This document shows, piece by piece, positions 24,134 through 35,695 of a stretch of 64,000 bases of DNA. Positions within the stretch are counted from its first letter, which is position 1, and every line of letters starts with the position of its first letter. The stretch is from the NCBI GenBank assembly GCA_013265495.1, contig MU061579.1, positions 730,872-794,871 of the forward strand, given 5' to 3'. A program made the position numbers and the translations under genes. Under the pieces are notes generated by a model. It had not been told where the DNA came from. It did not search any database and worked only from the letters and a program-made list of their open reading frames with translations. The stretch is from Vicugna vicugna. Lineage: Eukaryota.

Positions 24134-25489
24134 AGAAAATTTCTTGAATGGCAGAAAGGGACTTCGGTCTCAAGAGAAAATTTCAGAGTTATTCTTAGCC
24201 AGGACCATGAACTCTTCAAAAGAACAGAAGATATAAAAGAGCACATGGGAACAGACAGTAATTAGAAAAGGAGATAGGAGTTTCTAGAAGTTTCTTTTTT
24301 TGTTTTAATTTGTATAGAAAGAAAGGTTGAAGTTCAGAGAGGGAATGAGGGAGAAAGATATTGGAGTTTTGAAGACACAGGGGAATAAACAAAATTAATC
24401 TGGAGAGGAGAAGATAGAATGTAATTGGGCACAGAATAATTGTCAGGCAGCATCAGAGACTTTCTAGAGATTAATGATTATGAGTTTATTATGATACCAG
24501 TCAACACGTTTGTTTTTTTTCCAAACAGGTCCTCATCTTTAATGTTGGAATTATGTAATATGTAGAGTTAGATTTAGGCTTTATGATAGAGTGTTTCTAC
24601 TAGACCAGCCCCCAACTTGTCTACCTCTGGACTTATATTTTTGGAAGATAATAGTAAACTATCAATTTGTTCAAGCTACTGTTTTTCAGGTCTCTGTTGG
24701 TAGTAGTCAAATACATTTCTAACTTACCAAAACATGATATAAAGTCAATTAGGCTGAAGCCAAACACAAAACAAATTAATATACATTTTGAAAAGTGAAA
24801 CTTAGAACTGTTATTTACAAACATAATTATCTACTAGAAGTCCTAAAAAATCAGCTATAAACTACTAGAATAAAAGTAATCTAGTTAAATGAATTAAAAA
24901 ATACACAAATATTCATAAATCAAAAGTTCATCTATAAACTATCAATAAAAATTCTAAAAATAGAATAAAATGACTAGTTAAATGAACAAAACTACAATTT
25001 TTTTTTGCTGTAGCAATGTTTATTTGCATCAAGAAAAATATCTAAGTCATTAATTCATGTCCATTTATATTTAAATTCAATGTAATAAGCATAAGAAGAT
25101 TTTTGGTGAGTATATTGCCACATACTCAAATGAACAGATTTGTTCTATTTTCTTTCTTGCAAATGCATAAATTTTAAGTTAATTTCTGATACATGAGTCA
25201 AATAATCTGGTTTCTTTTCTACTTATTTTGAACAGGTCTCTTTTTCCTTGTATTTATCTACAAAAGCAATCTTTCCTATCTTGCATATAATGCATTGCAT
25301 GTTACCAGACTTCATTTGATCCTCAGAATATTACAATGGATACTGCATTCTCATTTTATAGAAGAGAAAGCAGTAGCAAATATATGGCAATTTCATTAAT
25401 GTAAATTATGTAGGAAGTGGTGATAATCAAATTGAAAGGTAGGATTTCTAATTCCAAATTTATTCCCCATTGGGTAAATAATTAGCTCT

Positions 25490-25810
25490 GCTCATTGGTA
25501 CCTGGTTCTTCACACTTTCTGAGCAGATAAAAGGAGGGACTTCCCAGCCCCCATTATGTTTAGATGAGGTCACATGACTGATTCTGGCCAATGAGTAATG
25601 ATGTATGTCATGTGTATTTAATTGCTGGTGTAGGCATTCTCCTTTCTGTCTGGCACTGTGCCTGGTAACATTTAGATGATACCTGTCCTGTCAGTAACTA
25701 TTTGACACACTGACTGCTTGAGTGACAGTGAAGCCAACCTGCAGCAGACATATGACATTTAGGTGACATAAAACTTTGTTATTTAACCCACTAAGATTTT
25801 GGAGTGTTTT
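25490..25810 (+). mobile_element. MLT1I/J-like MaLR LTR
   Basis: acttcccagcccc, ggtcacatgactgattctggccaatgag and aaactttgttatttaacccactaagattttggagtgttt. Confidence 0.7.
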
Positions 25811-26954
25811 ATGTCCTTCATATAATATAGACATTTGTCTTCACAACTATCTCTTAGAGTTTCTGTAAGTCAAACTTATAGTTTCTATATTTTTTTTTAA
25901 AAAATGATTAAAACTCTTCAACTTCCATGTAAATTATGGCTCTTTATTTTATAAAATAATGGCCATAAATATAATTTTATTCAGAAATATGTAAAATTAA
26001 TTTTGATGTTTCAGAAAGATAATGATTTCTTAATCAGGCAGGGAAGTTATATATTCGAAAGTCATAATCACAAATCCCAAGGCTATGTGAAATACCTTAG
26101 TAATTTTCAAGTGGAAAATATGCTTAAAATACTGTTTGAAAAGGTAATTATTTTAAATGTTCATATCCACATGAAATATTTATACATCTATCTCTCTGTA
26201 TATAAAAGGTAATAAAGATGAGTACAGAAAATTCTAGGAAAACTTTAAAGGTGTAAAACCCAACCACCAGATGGACGGTGGAACTGACAAAATAGGATAT
26301 GAAACAGTCTTTGTTTTCAAGGAGAGGAAATGCAGGAGGAATTTTATTTTGAGCTATAACTATTACAATGCTTATGCTTTTCTCTTTCAATTTTGAAATA
26401 CTGGAGATGTCTGAAGATTAACCACTACAACTTCTTCAGGGGAGAAGTAGCTTAGCTGAGAATTATGCTGGCCAGTCCATCTGAAAAGAACATATTTTGA
26501 TTGAAGAGCCAGCGAAAGAGCTTTGCAGTATATAAGAGATCTGCAGCAAAGAAGAGACTGAGAAAATTCAGACTTGTGCATAATGGTTAGAAACACTCAT
26601 TGAACTGAAAACATTCATTCCTTGTGTATGACATCCTTGAAACCAAAAATTCAAAATTGCATACTAAGTGTTACAGTGACAAAGGAAGCACTCAGATTGA
26701 CCACAGCCTCTGAACAAATGACAAAGCACTAAAGTCATTTCACAGATGTTGAAATTATGAAGAAATAAAGCAAATGTTTATATTCTATTTACTAAAATTC
26801 ATGGCAACGGGTCAAGTGGCAAAGTCTTCCTATGCTTCTTTGTTTCTCCAGTGACCTTATCACCAACCAGAACTATAGAAAGCAGGACAAATACACAGGG
26901 CTTATATCACTCCAGCACAAGGATATTCTTTGAATTTTCAGGAGAAAAAAGATA

Positions 26955-27211
26955 TGGCCCTAGTCCAATATGAGTCGTATCTTTATAAAAGGGGTATTCT
27001 AGAGACAGATACACACAGAGGGAAGGTGATATAATGCTACGCAGGGAGAAGACAGCTACCTATAAGCCATGGAGAGTCCTGGAGTAGAGCTTTCCTTCAC
27101 AGCTCTCATAAGTAATCAATATTTGCAACAACTTGATCTTGGACTTCTAGCCTCCAGAACTGTGAGACAATACATTTCTGTGGTTTGAACACCCAGTTTG
27201 TTGTACTTTGT
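26955..27211 (+). mobile_element. MLT1B/C-like MaLR LTR fragment
   Basis: ggccctagtccaatatgag...cttgatcttggacttctagcctccagaactgtgagacaatacatttctgtggtttgaacacccagtttg. Confidence 0.85.
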
Positions 27212-27229
27212 GACTGAAAGAAAAGTTAT

Positions 27230-28400
27230 TTTTAACTTCGCATTATTGCCATCTCTGGTGATCCAGGTTGGTTACACTCTTGCAAAAATAGAGGTGGCCA
27301 ATAATCAACTTGGTTGCAGTCAACTCCATGTGCTCATCTTATTACTCCAAGTTTTATTTATTTATTTAGTTAGTTCTTTTTCATCCTTTCTACTTTCTCT
27401 GGAAGTAACTGTTAGGTGCTCTGAGTCTATTTGCCTTACACGGAAAAGTCGCACCCTCAGTGTTTTCCTCTGATCCATTTTTCCACTTGAAAGTACTTAC
27501 TGTGCAACATCTGAATCCATTTATTGCCAGGTGATTTAATTTTAGTCAGTCTTTGTGACTCAAAGTATTTCCTAAGTTTTACTTTTACGATTCTAGTTGG
27601 ACAAAAGTTGCCTCTTTCTGTTCAATTAGAACCAAATTTCTGTACTCTTCATTCTCCTTTAATCATATTTGTGAACTGGCCTTTTTTTTTTTTTTTGAGA
27701 GCATCTCTTTCCTGGGCTACCTTGTAAAATGCAAAAGAATGGTAAACTACACCTGCTATTAGCATTTTATTTTTCCAAATTCTTTCTGTAAAGTTACAAG
27801 TTCAAAAAACAATTGCGAATTTATTAGATCCAATCTCTCTCTTTCAAGTTATACATGGATCAATGTCTCACCAAATGTTTACATTGACACTAATAACCAT
27901 CCTTCCAGCCTTCACTAATGGGTCTGCCACCCGACTCTCAAGACAATGCTGCATATTTTAGGTACAGTATTACTTTAATGTCCCATTCCCTGTACCAATC
28001 TGTTTATGAATCAGGATAAGCTCGGTTAGGTTTCAATAACAAATTTAAAAGCACAATAATCTATAGTTAGAAAGGTTTGTGTTTTTATTTTTACTTTTCC
28101 TATCATCTGACACTGGAAAGTGAGCTGGGGTACCCATACTAGTTGTCCCCGAACAGAGATTCAGGCTAATGGAACAGAAAAATATGGAATGATGCTATCA
28201 GAGTTGAAAAGAAAAATAGAACACTGATTGTTCTCACATAACCATAATGTGATTGGTCTGAAAGTGAGACAATATCACTTGTGTTTAAAATTCATTGATG
28301 AGAACAGGTCACGTAGTCCCAGGTAACAAGAGTCTGAAGACATACAGTTCTGCTATGAGTGTTAATGGAAGGATGAACTGAGACATTTGACAAGAGTAGT
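27230..28400 (-). mobile_element. Old MaLR: internal fragment (~27230-28000) joined to an MLT1K/L-like LTR (~28001-28400)
   Basis: Junction cccattccctgtaccaatc|tgtttatgaatcaggataagctcggttagg resembles an antisense MLT1 int-LTR boundary. The LTR has aaattcattgatgagaacaggtcacgtag. Confidence 0.5.
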
Positions 28401-29784
28401 GGGGGGGGGAGATAATGATATTATCCCCATTTCTTAAAACTAAGTAACTGAAGCTTAAGGATCTAGAAACCCTATAAATAAGTAGGATCCCTATTTGAAT
28501 CATTGTCTTCAGTTTCCAAAGTTTTTTTATTCTTATCACATTTTTCCCTTAGATTGAAGCATCTTGAGATATTCTCAAAGATGAAAAAAGAAACAGAAAC
28601 CAACAAATAAGGGAACAGAATGAACTCTAATAGACAGGACAATATCTTTATCAGGACAATAGAGACTGAGATAAAAACGTGGATCCCCTAAAAAATATTC
28701 ATTGAACCCCTTCTTATGCCTGATACTTCACTAATCACTTTCATTTCAATAATAATAGTTACTCCTCATAAAATAGCGTAAAGAAAAGTACCTGTGCACA
28801 CGCAGCTATGCAATTTAACTTTGAAATAAATTCTCTTTTCCAGATACAATAATGATTGAACAGAGAAAATAAAATGTAGTTCGCTTATGTAGGTTGATGA
28901 AATAATGGAATGGCATAGCACGCAAGTCTGTGGCTCACCCACCACGTGGGCTTGAGGTGAACGTGGGCAAACCATTGCCTCCCATATTCCCAAGCAGGCA
29001 AGGTGACCCTGGCTCTTTCTATGAGATGTGTCTCAGCAGAAAGTTCCTGGCCTAAGGGTCCTAACCATAACAAATGCGTTCTCTCCAGATGCAGGTTTCT
29101 CCTCCCTCTCTGGCTTGCCTAGTGAGCTGAAGACTCTCCTTAATGGGGCTAATGGACCTCTCTAGCCTGAAGGCAGTTTTGCCTTTTCATAGTCAATAGA
29201 CTGAAAATTTTGAAAAGACAACATAGTCTGAAACTCATATTAAAAGGGTACTGGCTTTTCTGTCTCTGAACAGCCCTCGTCTTGAGAATAAATTATTTTT
29301 TTCATTATACATTTCCACACCACTCCCCTCTGCCTGTAACTTCTTAGTTTCTTTTTTTTTTCTTCTTCTTCTTATTGGCAGATACTTTTCTACTTTCATA
29401 TCTCTCCTGTCTTAAAATACCACTTTATCTTCTTAGATCTTGTCTACCTTCTGGTGATGCTTTTCTCTTTTTGTCTTATGACTGCTGACCTCCTTGAACA
29501 TACGGCCTGTCTTAATTCCCTGAATATTGCATTATCTATCTTTTAACTCCTGAAATTCTGTCATTTGACCTTGCAATTCCCCTGAAAAGATTGCTGATGA
29601 TCTCATCAATTCTTTCAAGTATCTTCCTTTTTTTTAATCATCAAGAGCTATACAGTAGTGAATCAAATGGATGCAGCACTGCCTCCTATATTTCCTTACT
29701 TAAATATGTAAATAAAAATTACAGCTAGTACTTAAGCTGTATTTACTCACAACATTTCTGAGTCCAAATGAGAGGTTATTTTTT

Positions 29785-29997
29785 TTTCGCTCTGACACCA
29801 AAAACTCAGGATCTTTTTTCAACACTAGTTGAACTCCCTGACAACAGCTGGGTGTCAAAGAATTCAATTCAATTGTGATAGTATTTACCTGGAGTTAGTA
29901 TCAGATGCCACAAGTTAAAGGGGTCAGTCCAACAAGGCTGTCTCCACCTCAGATGCTAATCTCAAGTCCCAGGCCTTCTGTACTTCTGACCAGTTTG
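29785..29997. mobile_element. MER21-like LTR fragment
   Basis: cagctgggtgtc...aattcaattcaattgtgatagtatttacctggagttagtatcagatgccacaagttaaaggggtcagtcc...tgtacttctgacc. Confidence 0.75.
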
Positions 29998-31569
29998 ATT
30001 TACACATTCTACATGGGAGGACTGGCTCCTCACTAGAATCGACTTTTCTATAACCCTGAACTCTCCATATATTTTGAATACAAACTTTATTTAGAATTGA
30101 GAAGATGTTATCTTCTCACTTTTATTTCCATCTCTGCCCATCTTAGAAAAGTTTCCAACTCCCTCTGACCCCTTCTAATAATCACTGAAAAAGAATCTTT
30201 AACATTTGGTTCATCTCCATAGATATTCCAGAGATATTTACTATGCCTCCTTTTGATGCGGTACTCAAATACCTTTTTCTTGGAAAGTCAAGGAAGAGAT
30301 AAACTCGTATGTTAAAAAGAAAGAAAAAAGCATTGACTCTCATGAAGATAAATTGCATTGCATCAATTTTATTTATTTTTATTATTTAAAACTTTTATTT
30401 ATTTTATAGCTTTTTAAAAATTGAAGTATAATTAACAAATAATATCATATTAGTTTTAACACTGGTAAGAGTCTTAAAATCTTCAAGGGAATCCTAGGGG
30501 AAGGCTCTCGATAAACCACAACAGTAACCTTTAATTATGCAATTAATTTGTAAATTAAGCTTCCGTAACTGGAAGTTTACAAGCAATCTATTTACCATTA
30601 CTGGCTAGTTCTTATTCTCCTCCGAAGATAAATGTGCTGCTCTCGGTGTGAGGGGTACTGTAACCTCTTTGGCTTAATAAATACTTTGGTTGTCAGAAAA
30701 GCCCTGGCCTCATTAGCAGAATAAAATTTCCACCTGCCAGGGATTCCCCAAGTTACATGGCTGAATAGAACATTCTAACTTAAAAATTCTTTTCTTCAAT
30801 TTTGAAAGTTTTCTCTGACTATCTGAGGGATTTCAAGCTTTGAAGCCTCACCTGAATGCCCAGGACTTCCTCGTAAAAGTTCTGCTGGAAATAAACAGGA
30901 CTAAAGTGCTCGCAGGTCCAAGGCTGTGAGGCCGTGAGACAGGGGTGGGGGCGCTCTGGGATGAGAATCCAGGACTCTGTTGATCCCCTTGTGTTGTATG
31001 GACACTTGAAAGTTGTAGAAACCCCAAAAAGAGTAAACATGCATAAAATTACTTTGGCTTTAATCTATTTCACTAGAGACATTTTTCCTCCTAGATGGGG
31101 AATGCTGACCTTCTCCGTCTCTGTCTCTCTCTCACACACACACTCGTCACAGGATATTGGATCTTCTTTATGTATTTTTTTCTCTTTAGGCACACACCCG
31201 TGGTACTTGGTTTTGCTTCCTCCTTGTGAAATTATTATAAATACTATTTTTCTTTTCTTCTTACAAAATTAATTCATGATCAATGTAGGGTCCTTTAAAA
31301 ATAAAAGTAAGTCTTAAAGCAACTGGACAATCATTTATAACCTCACCCATTCAAGTAAGATTGCCAAATGTGTACACACTGCTAGATTTTGTCTTTGTCT
31401 GTCTGTCTCTCCCTTTATGTGACACATTGAGCTCGTTTACTTTTCAGTTTTGCTATCAACAATCATGGAGTCATACTATTTTATAACTGTATTTTTAAAA
31501 ACTTGACAGTATATTGAAATACTCTTTCTGTAATGTCATAATGCATTTTCCATGGCTGCATAGTAAATA

Positions 31570-31745
31570 ATATATTTGTTGAGCTATACTTCACATAAAA
31601 TTCATAATTTTAAAATGCAAAATTCAGTGGTTTTGGTTAGGTTCATTGTACAACTAACACCACTAATTCCATATAACTTTCCTCACCCCCTAAAAAAGAC
31701 CCCATACCTCTTGTCAGTTAGCCCCAATTTACCTCCCTGCCACAA
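31570..31745 (-). mobile_element. L1MB-like 3' terminal fragment
   Basis: tttgttgagctatacttcacataaaattcataattttaaaatgcaaaattcagtggttttggttagg...cctcaccccctaaaaaagacccc. Confidence 0.7.
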
Positions 31746-32051
31746 CTTTCTGTCTCTAGTGAATAAGTGATGCAAATAATTGCACAAATATTGGGGGTAA
31801 TTTCAAAAGGGAGGAATATCTGGCAAGACTCTTAGAAAACACAAGGCTGAATTACAATATGTAGCAAAAATAACACAGTTGGCAAACAAAATTATTGCTT
31901 TACTGCATATTAGAGATATTAAACACTATGGGTATCTGAAAATAGGCCTCATAACTGTGTCTGGAGCAGTCAAGGAGGGATCTTTTGAAAGAGATGGGAC
32001 TTCATCAGGGCCTGGAAGGATGCACTGGATTTGAACTAAAGAAATGATGCT

Positions 32052-32181
32052 GGGGAGGCTATAGTTCAGTGGTAGAGCATGTGCATAGCATGCACACATT
32101 CCTGGGTTCAATCCCCAGTACTTCCATTTAAAAAAAAAAACCTAATTACCCCCCAAGCAAAAAAATAAAATTTCTTTATTT
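32052..32181 (+). mobile_element. tRNA-derived SINE, camelid Vic-1-like, with TSD
   Basis: ggggaggctatagttcagtggtagagcatgtgcatagcatgcacacattcctgggttcaatccccagtacttcc...aacctaattacccccc, with A box and B box visible. Direct repeat aagaaatga at 32039-32047 and 32182-32190. Confidence 0.9.
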
Positions 32182-32239
32182 AAGAAATGACATAAGATAA
32201 TGGTCTAAACCAGAAAGACATAGAGCGCAATGTCTTGCA

Positions 32240-32440
32240 ACCAGAGGGCTGCAGACTCACTGCATTCAAATCTTTATTCTACTACCTTCTGAGGCAAGTT
32301 CCTTAACTTCTCTACGCTTCAGTTCCCCTTTTGTAAAATAATTATAATTGTACCTACTTCATACGATGGTTGTGTAGATAGAATGAAATGAATTTAGCAG
32401 GAATTCTGACATTTAAGAAGTATTTAAGAAGCTATTATGA
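32240..32440 (+). mobile_element. MIR SINE
   Basis: ttcaaatc...ggcaagttccttaacttctctacgcttcagttccccttttgtaaaata...gtacctacttcatacgatggttgtg. Confidence 0.75.
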
Positions 32441-32854
32441 TATTTATAATTAATCAGAAATGGTGGAAGAGAATGTGCCTGATGTGTGTGATTGGGGTAG
32501 GTTGAGAGGGACCAGGATAACTTGGAGGAAGCCATGGTCCTGATGTGGAGCTGTCCAGAAAGGACTGGCTATCTGTGGCCATTGACTGGTTGAAGTCCTG
32601 ATGTTATTTTGAGGATTTCCTTTGATTGACTTGAACACAGACAAAGAATACAAAATTCTAGGTTGTATTTGTGGAGGTGATTACGAATACGTTGATATGC
32701 TGGCTTGGTGAATAGAGTACTTCCTCTGTCAATAGCACCATGATTTACTTAGGATTTTGGTTTACTTAGTAGCCTATCAGTAGTAGTAGTAATAATTGGG
32801 TTACTTACCCTCTAAGGAACATTCTGTTTCCTTATGACTATCATCACTACGACT

Positions 32855-33110
32855 ATATAATATTTATTGAAAATATTGAACGTCTGTGATATGTAGGCAC
32901 TCTATTAAGCCCTTTCCATGGATTATCACATTTAATCTTGACAACAACCCTCTAAAGCAGGAATTATTATTAATCTCCACTGTATAGATAAGAAATGTAA
33001 GAATCAAAGAGTTTAACTAATATGGCCTAGGACAAATAGTTTGTAGGCAAATGAAAAAGGACTTTGCTAATAATCTTGTCAAGGTGTCATGCTTAGAGCA
33101 GGAACTCTTA
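32855..33110 (-). mobile_element. MIR SINE
   Basis: atatttattgaa...atgtaggcactctattaagccctttccatggattatcacatttaatcttgacaacaaccct. Confidence 0.75.
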
Positions 33111-33944
33111 ACAACCACAAATTAATACGTTTTTTTCCCTCATCAATCATTTATTGGTATTATGAATATTACAGGATGCTCTCCCAAAGAAGGGGAAATT
33201 TATTCTAGTGCACTCTAGAACTTTAGAACTTATTTTAAATAACACGTGCAAAGATTACTTCAAGTGTCTTTGTGTATGAAGAAGTATACTGTGTATAGTA
33301 TACAATCTGAATTAAGTACAAAAGAATGAGAAGTGCTCTCTTTTTACCTAACATTTTTATTTTTTTACAAATACAAATATGATGGAGATTGCTTCTTTTG
33401 AAAAAGAGGCTAGTAAATTGCACAGTCCAGATTGCATTAATCTCACTTATTTTCCTACTTATCCTTTCTACACCTATCTGCCCACAACCTTGATTCCAGT
33501 AACTCCCCCTTCTTGCAGTAATACCTTTGCTGACCCATATTTTTCACTTGACAATTACCTACCTGATCGTAATTTTTTTCCTGCACACTACACTCACATA
33601 ATTTAAAACTTGATTTTAGCCTTTTAAATATCAGGAATTTGTGTTATAACCATGTGTGGTTCTCCTTGAAGATCAGTTACAAAGGGGCTCACAAATACAA
33701 GTGTCTAAATTAGAAAGGTCATAGCTTCTGATGCAGAAAACCAAGATTTGAATTCCTGCTCATCCATGCACAAGCTGGTGATCTAGAACTTCACATATTT
33801 GGGTTTTCTTGGTTTCAGTGCCCACAAAATGGAGCAAACAGTACTGTTGATGTTAATGGAATTTATAGTATAACCAGAGAAAAGGTATATGGAAGCATAT
33901 TACAACTAAATATTATTAGTACACTGGAATTTGTTATGAGTAAA

Positions 33945-34410
33945 TGTTTGTTAAATACCTTCACAATTGAATTAATGAGTTTATTAACTGGGAAAAAAAG
34001 AATAAGGGGCAAAATATCTAAGGATGTGTCATGAGTAGACCAGGTACCTTAAAGAACATTTTCTGCCACTAGATCTTATGCCCATCTTGTACTCTTCACA
34101 AAGCCAGGCTCACAGCAACAACTTATTAAAGAATTGGTAACTTAATATACACTGTGGGGTTATTGGGGATTATTAATGTTAGTGAAGAGGAAATAGTCTA
34201 GTGTTTGAAGGATGAATACATTCTGGAAAAGAGAATATAGAGGGGAAGGTAAGAATAATGTTACAGAAGCAGAGAAACATCTCTTTCAGGTTAGTTAGAA
34301 CATATGAGTTACGTGATGCAAAAAATAGTGGGAGGGAAGCCTAAAAATTAATAAAAGGGACAGATTATAAAGGGACTTGAATGACAGGTTAATGACTAAG
34401 AAGTTCATGT
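33945..34410 (-). mobile_element. L2 fragment
   Basis: gtttgaaggatgaata...gggacagattataaagggacttgaatgacaggttaatgac resembles antisense L2. Confidence 0.45.
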
Positions 34411-34421
34411 TGAAACTAAAG

Positions 34422-34665
34422 ATAGCTAATATATACGTGTACTATCTGCAAGGCACTGTTCTAACCACTAATCCTGTACTAACCTCATTAACACTTTAAC
34501 TCTGACAATCACTCTGAAATGTATCTATTATTGTGGTTCACATGTTTTAGATAAAAAAGAAGTGAGATACATGGAAGTTAGGTAGCTTGACCAGGGTCAT
34601 GCAGCTAGTCAGTGGTAGAAATAGTATTTGACCACAAGAAGTCTGGTTCCAGGTCCACTCTCTTT
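34422..34665 (-). mobile_element. MIR SINE
   Basis: atagctaatatatacgtgtactatctgcaaggcactgttctaa...gaagttaggtagcttgaccagggtcatgcagctagtcagtggtagaa. Confidence 0.8.
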
Positions 34666-34688
34666 ACAAATTCATTGGAGAGCCCGGT

Positions 34689-35140
34689 TACAGTTATCTT
34701 TTGCTGCATAGCAAACCACCCCAAAGCTTAGTGTCTTAAAACAAAACCTTTTTTATTTCTCACCACTGAGTTGTTGATCAGTCAGTTCTTCTAGTTCAAG
34801 TGATGTTGGCTGGGGCAATGGAATTGATAGAAGGTATAAAATGGCCTCACTCACAATCGGAGCTGGCTGTTGGCGGAGAGCTTTGCTGGAACTGTTGGTC
34901 TGGGGCCTTGGTTCTTCTCTGTGTAGGCCTGTTCGTTGGGCTTCCTCACAGCGTGGTTTGTGGATTCCCAGAAGAAGCTGCACAAGAAAAAAAGAAGAGG
35001 ATGTTGCCAGTGTTCTTATGGACTGGGTTCAGAAATCCCAGAACACCACTTGTGCCTTCTCCTGTTGGTCACAGCAGTCATGAAGCCAGAAGAGACTCAA
35101 GAGGAGGAGAAATAAACTTCATCTTCAATAGGAAAATGAT
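34689..35140 (-). mobile_element. MLT1H-like MaLR LTR
   Basis: cagttatcttttgctgcatagcaaaccaccccaaagcttagtgtcttaaaacaa, aaatggcctcactcaca and ttgggcttcctcacagcgtgg. Confidence 0.8.
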
Positions 35141-35161
35141 ATGCACTTAAAGGGAGGAAAA

Positions 35162-35695
35162 AAATCTGTGGTATATCCAGACAATAGAGTATTATTTAGT
35201 GCTATAAAGAAATGCTATATCAAGCCCTGAAAGACATGGAAGAATCCTAAATGTGTATTACTGAGTGAAAGACACCAATCTGAAAAGTCTACATACTATG
35301 TGATTCCAACTGTATGATGTTCTGGAAAAGGCAAAACTATGGAGACAATAAAAAGACTGGTGGTGGTTGGTGGGAATGGGAGATTTTATAAGGCAGTGAA
35401 TATACTCTGCATAATACTATAATATGGATAGATGTCATTAGACATTTGTCCAAGCTTGCAGAATGTATAACACCAAGAGTGAACCCCAATGTAAACAATG
35501 GTCTTTGATTGATTATGTTGTGTCAGTATAGGTTCAGCACTTGTAACAAGTGTGACGCTCCGGTGAGGGATGTTGATAATGGGGTAGGTTATTCAAGGGA
35601 GGGGCAGGGGGTATATGGGAAACTTCTGTACCTTCCTCTCAATTTTACTGTGAATCTAGGACTGCTCTTAAAAAAAAATAAAGCCTTTAAAAAAT
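35162..35695 (+). mobile_element. L1MC1-like 3' end
   Basis: ctgtggtatatccagacaatagagtattattt, ttctggaaaaggcaaaactatggagacaataaaaaga, gaatgtataacaccaagagtgaacccc, gtatatgggaaacttctgtaccttcc, then an A-rich tail. Confidence 0.9.

Larger units (their letters stand above)
19593..24500 (-). mobile_element. Long L2 LINE in pieces (~19593-20151, 20511-21590, ~24146-24500), interrupted by MLT1A, MER5 and L1
   Basis: Starts with the antisense L2 tail (cattcactccttcatccagtcaataaatattttg). Continues with aagccttgtaggtcacagtaaga, aaaagccattggaaaaattttag, ttctgatctggaacaactggaatggtgg and tttcagcaacatggaggtcattgatg. The last piece is less certain. Confidence 0.75.

Noticed and set aside
26440..26590. Faint resemblance to a hAT/Charlie transposase peptide (ILIEEPAKELCSI)
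   Set aside because: Too short, interrupted by stops, and no TIRs seen; not supportable without a profile search.
32052..32125. tRNA-like sequence
   Set aside because: It has an A-rich tail, a TSD and a second diverged copy at 9201, so it is a SINE head, not a tRNA gene.
34753..35150. Overlapping ORFs on both strands
   Set aside because: They lie within a more GC-rich MLT1 LTR, where stop codons are rarer.
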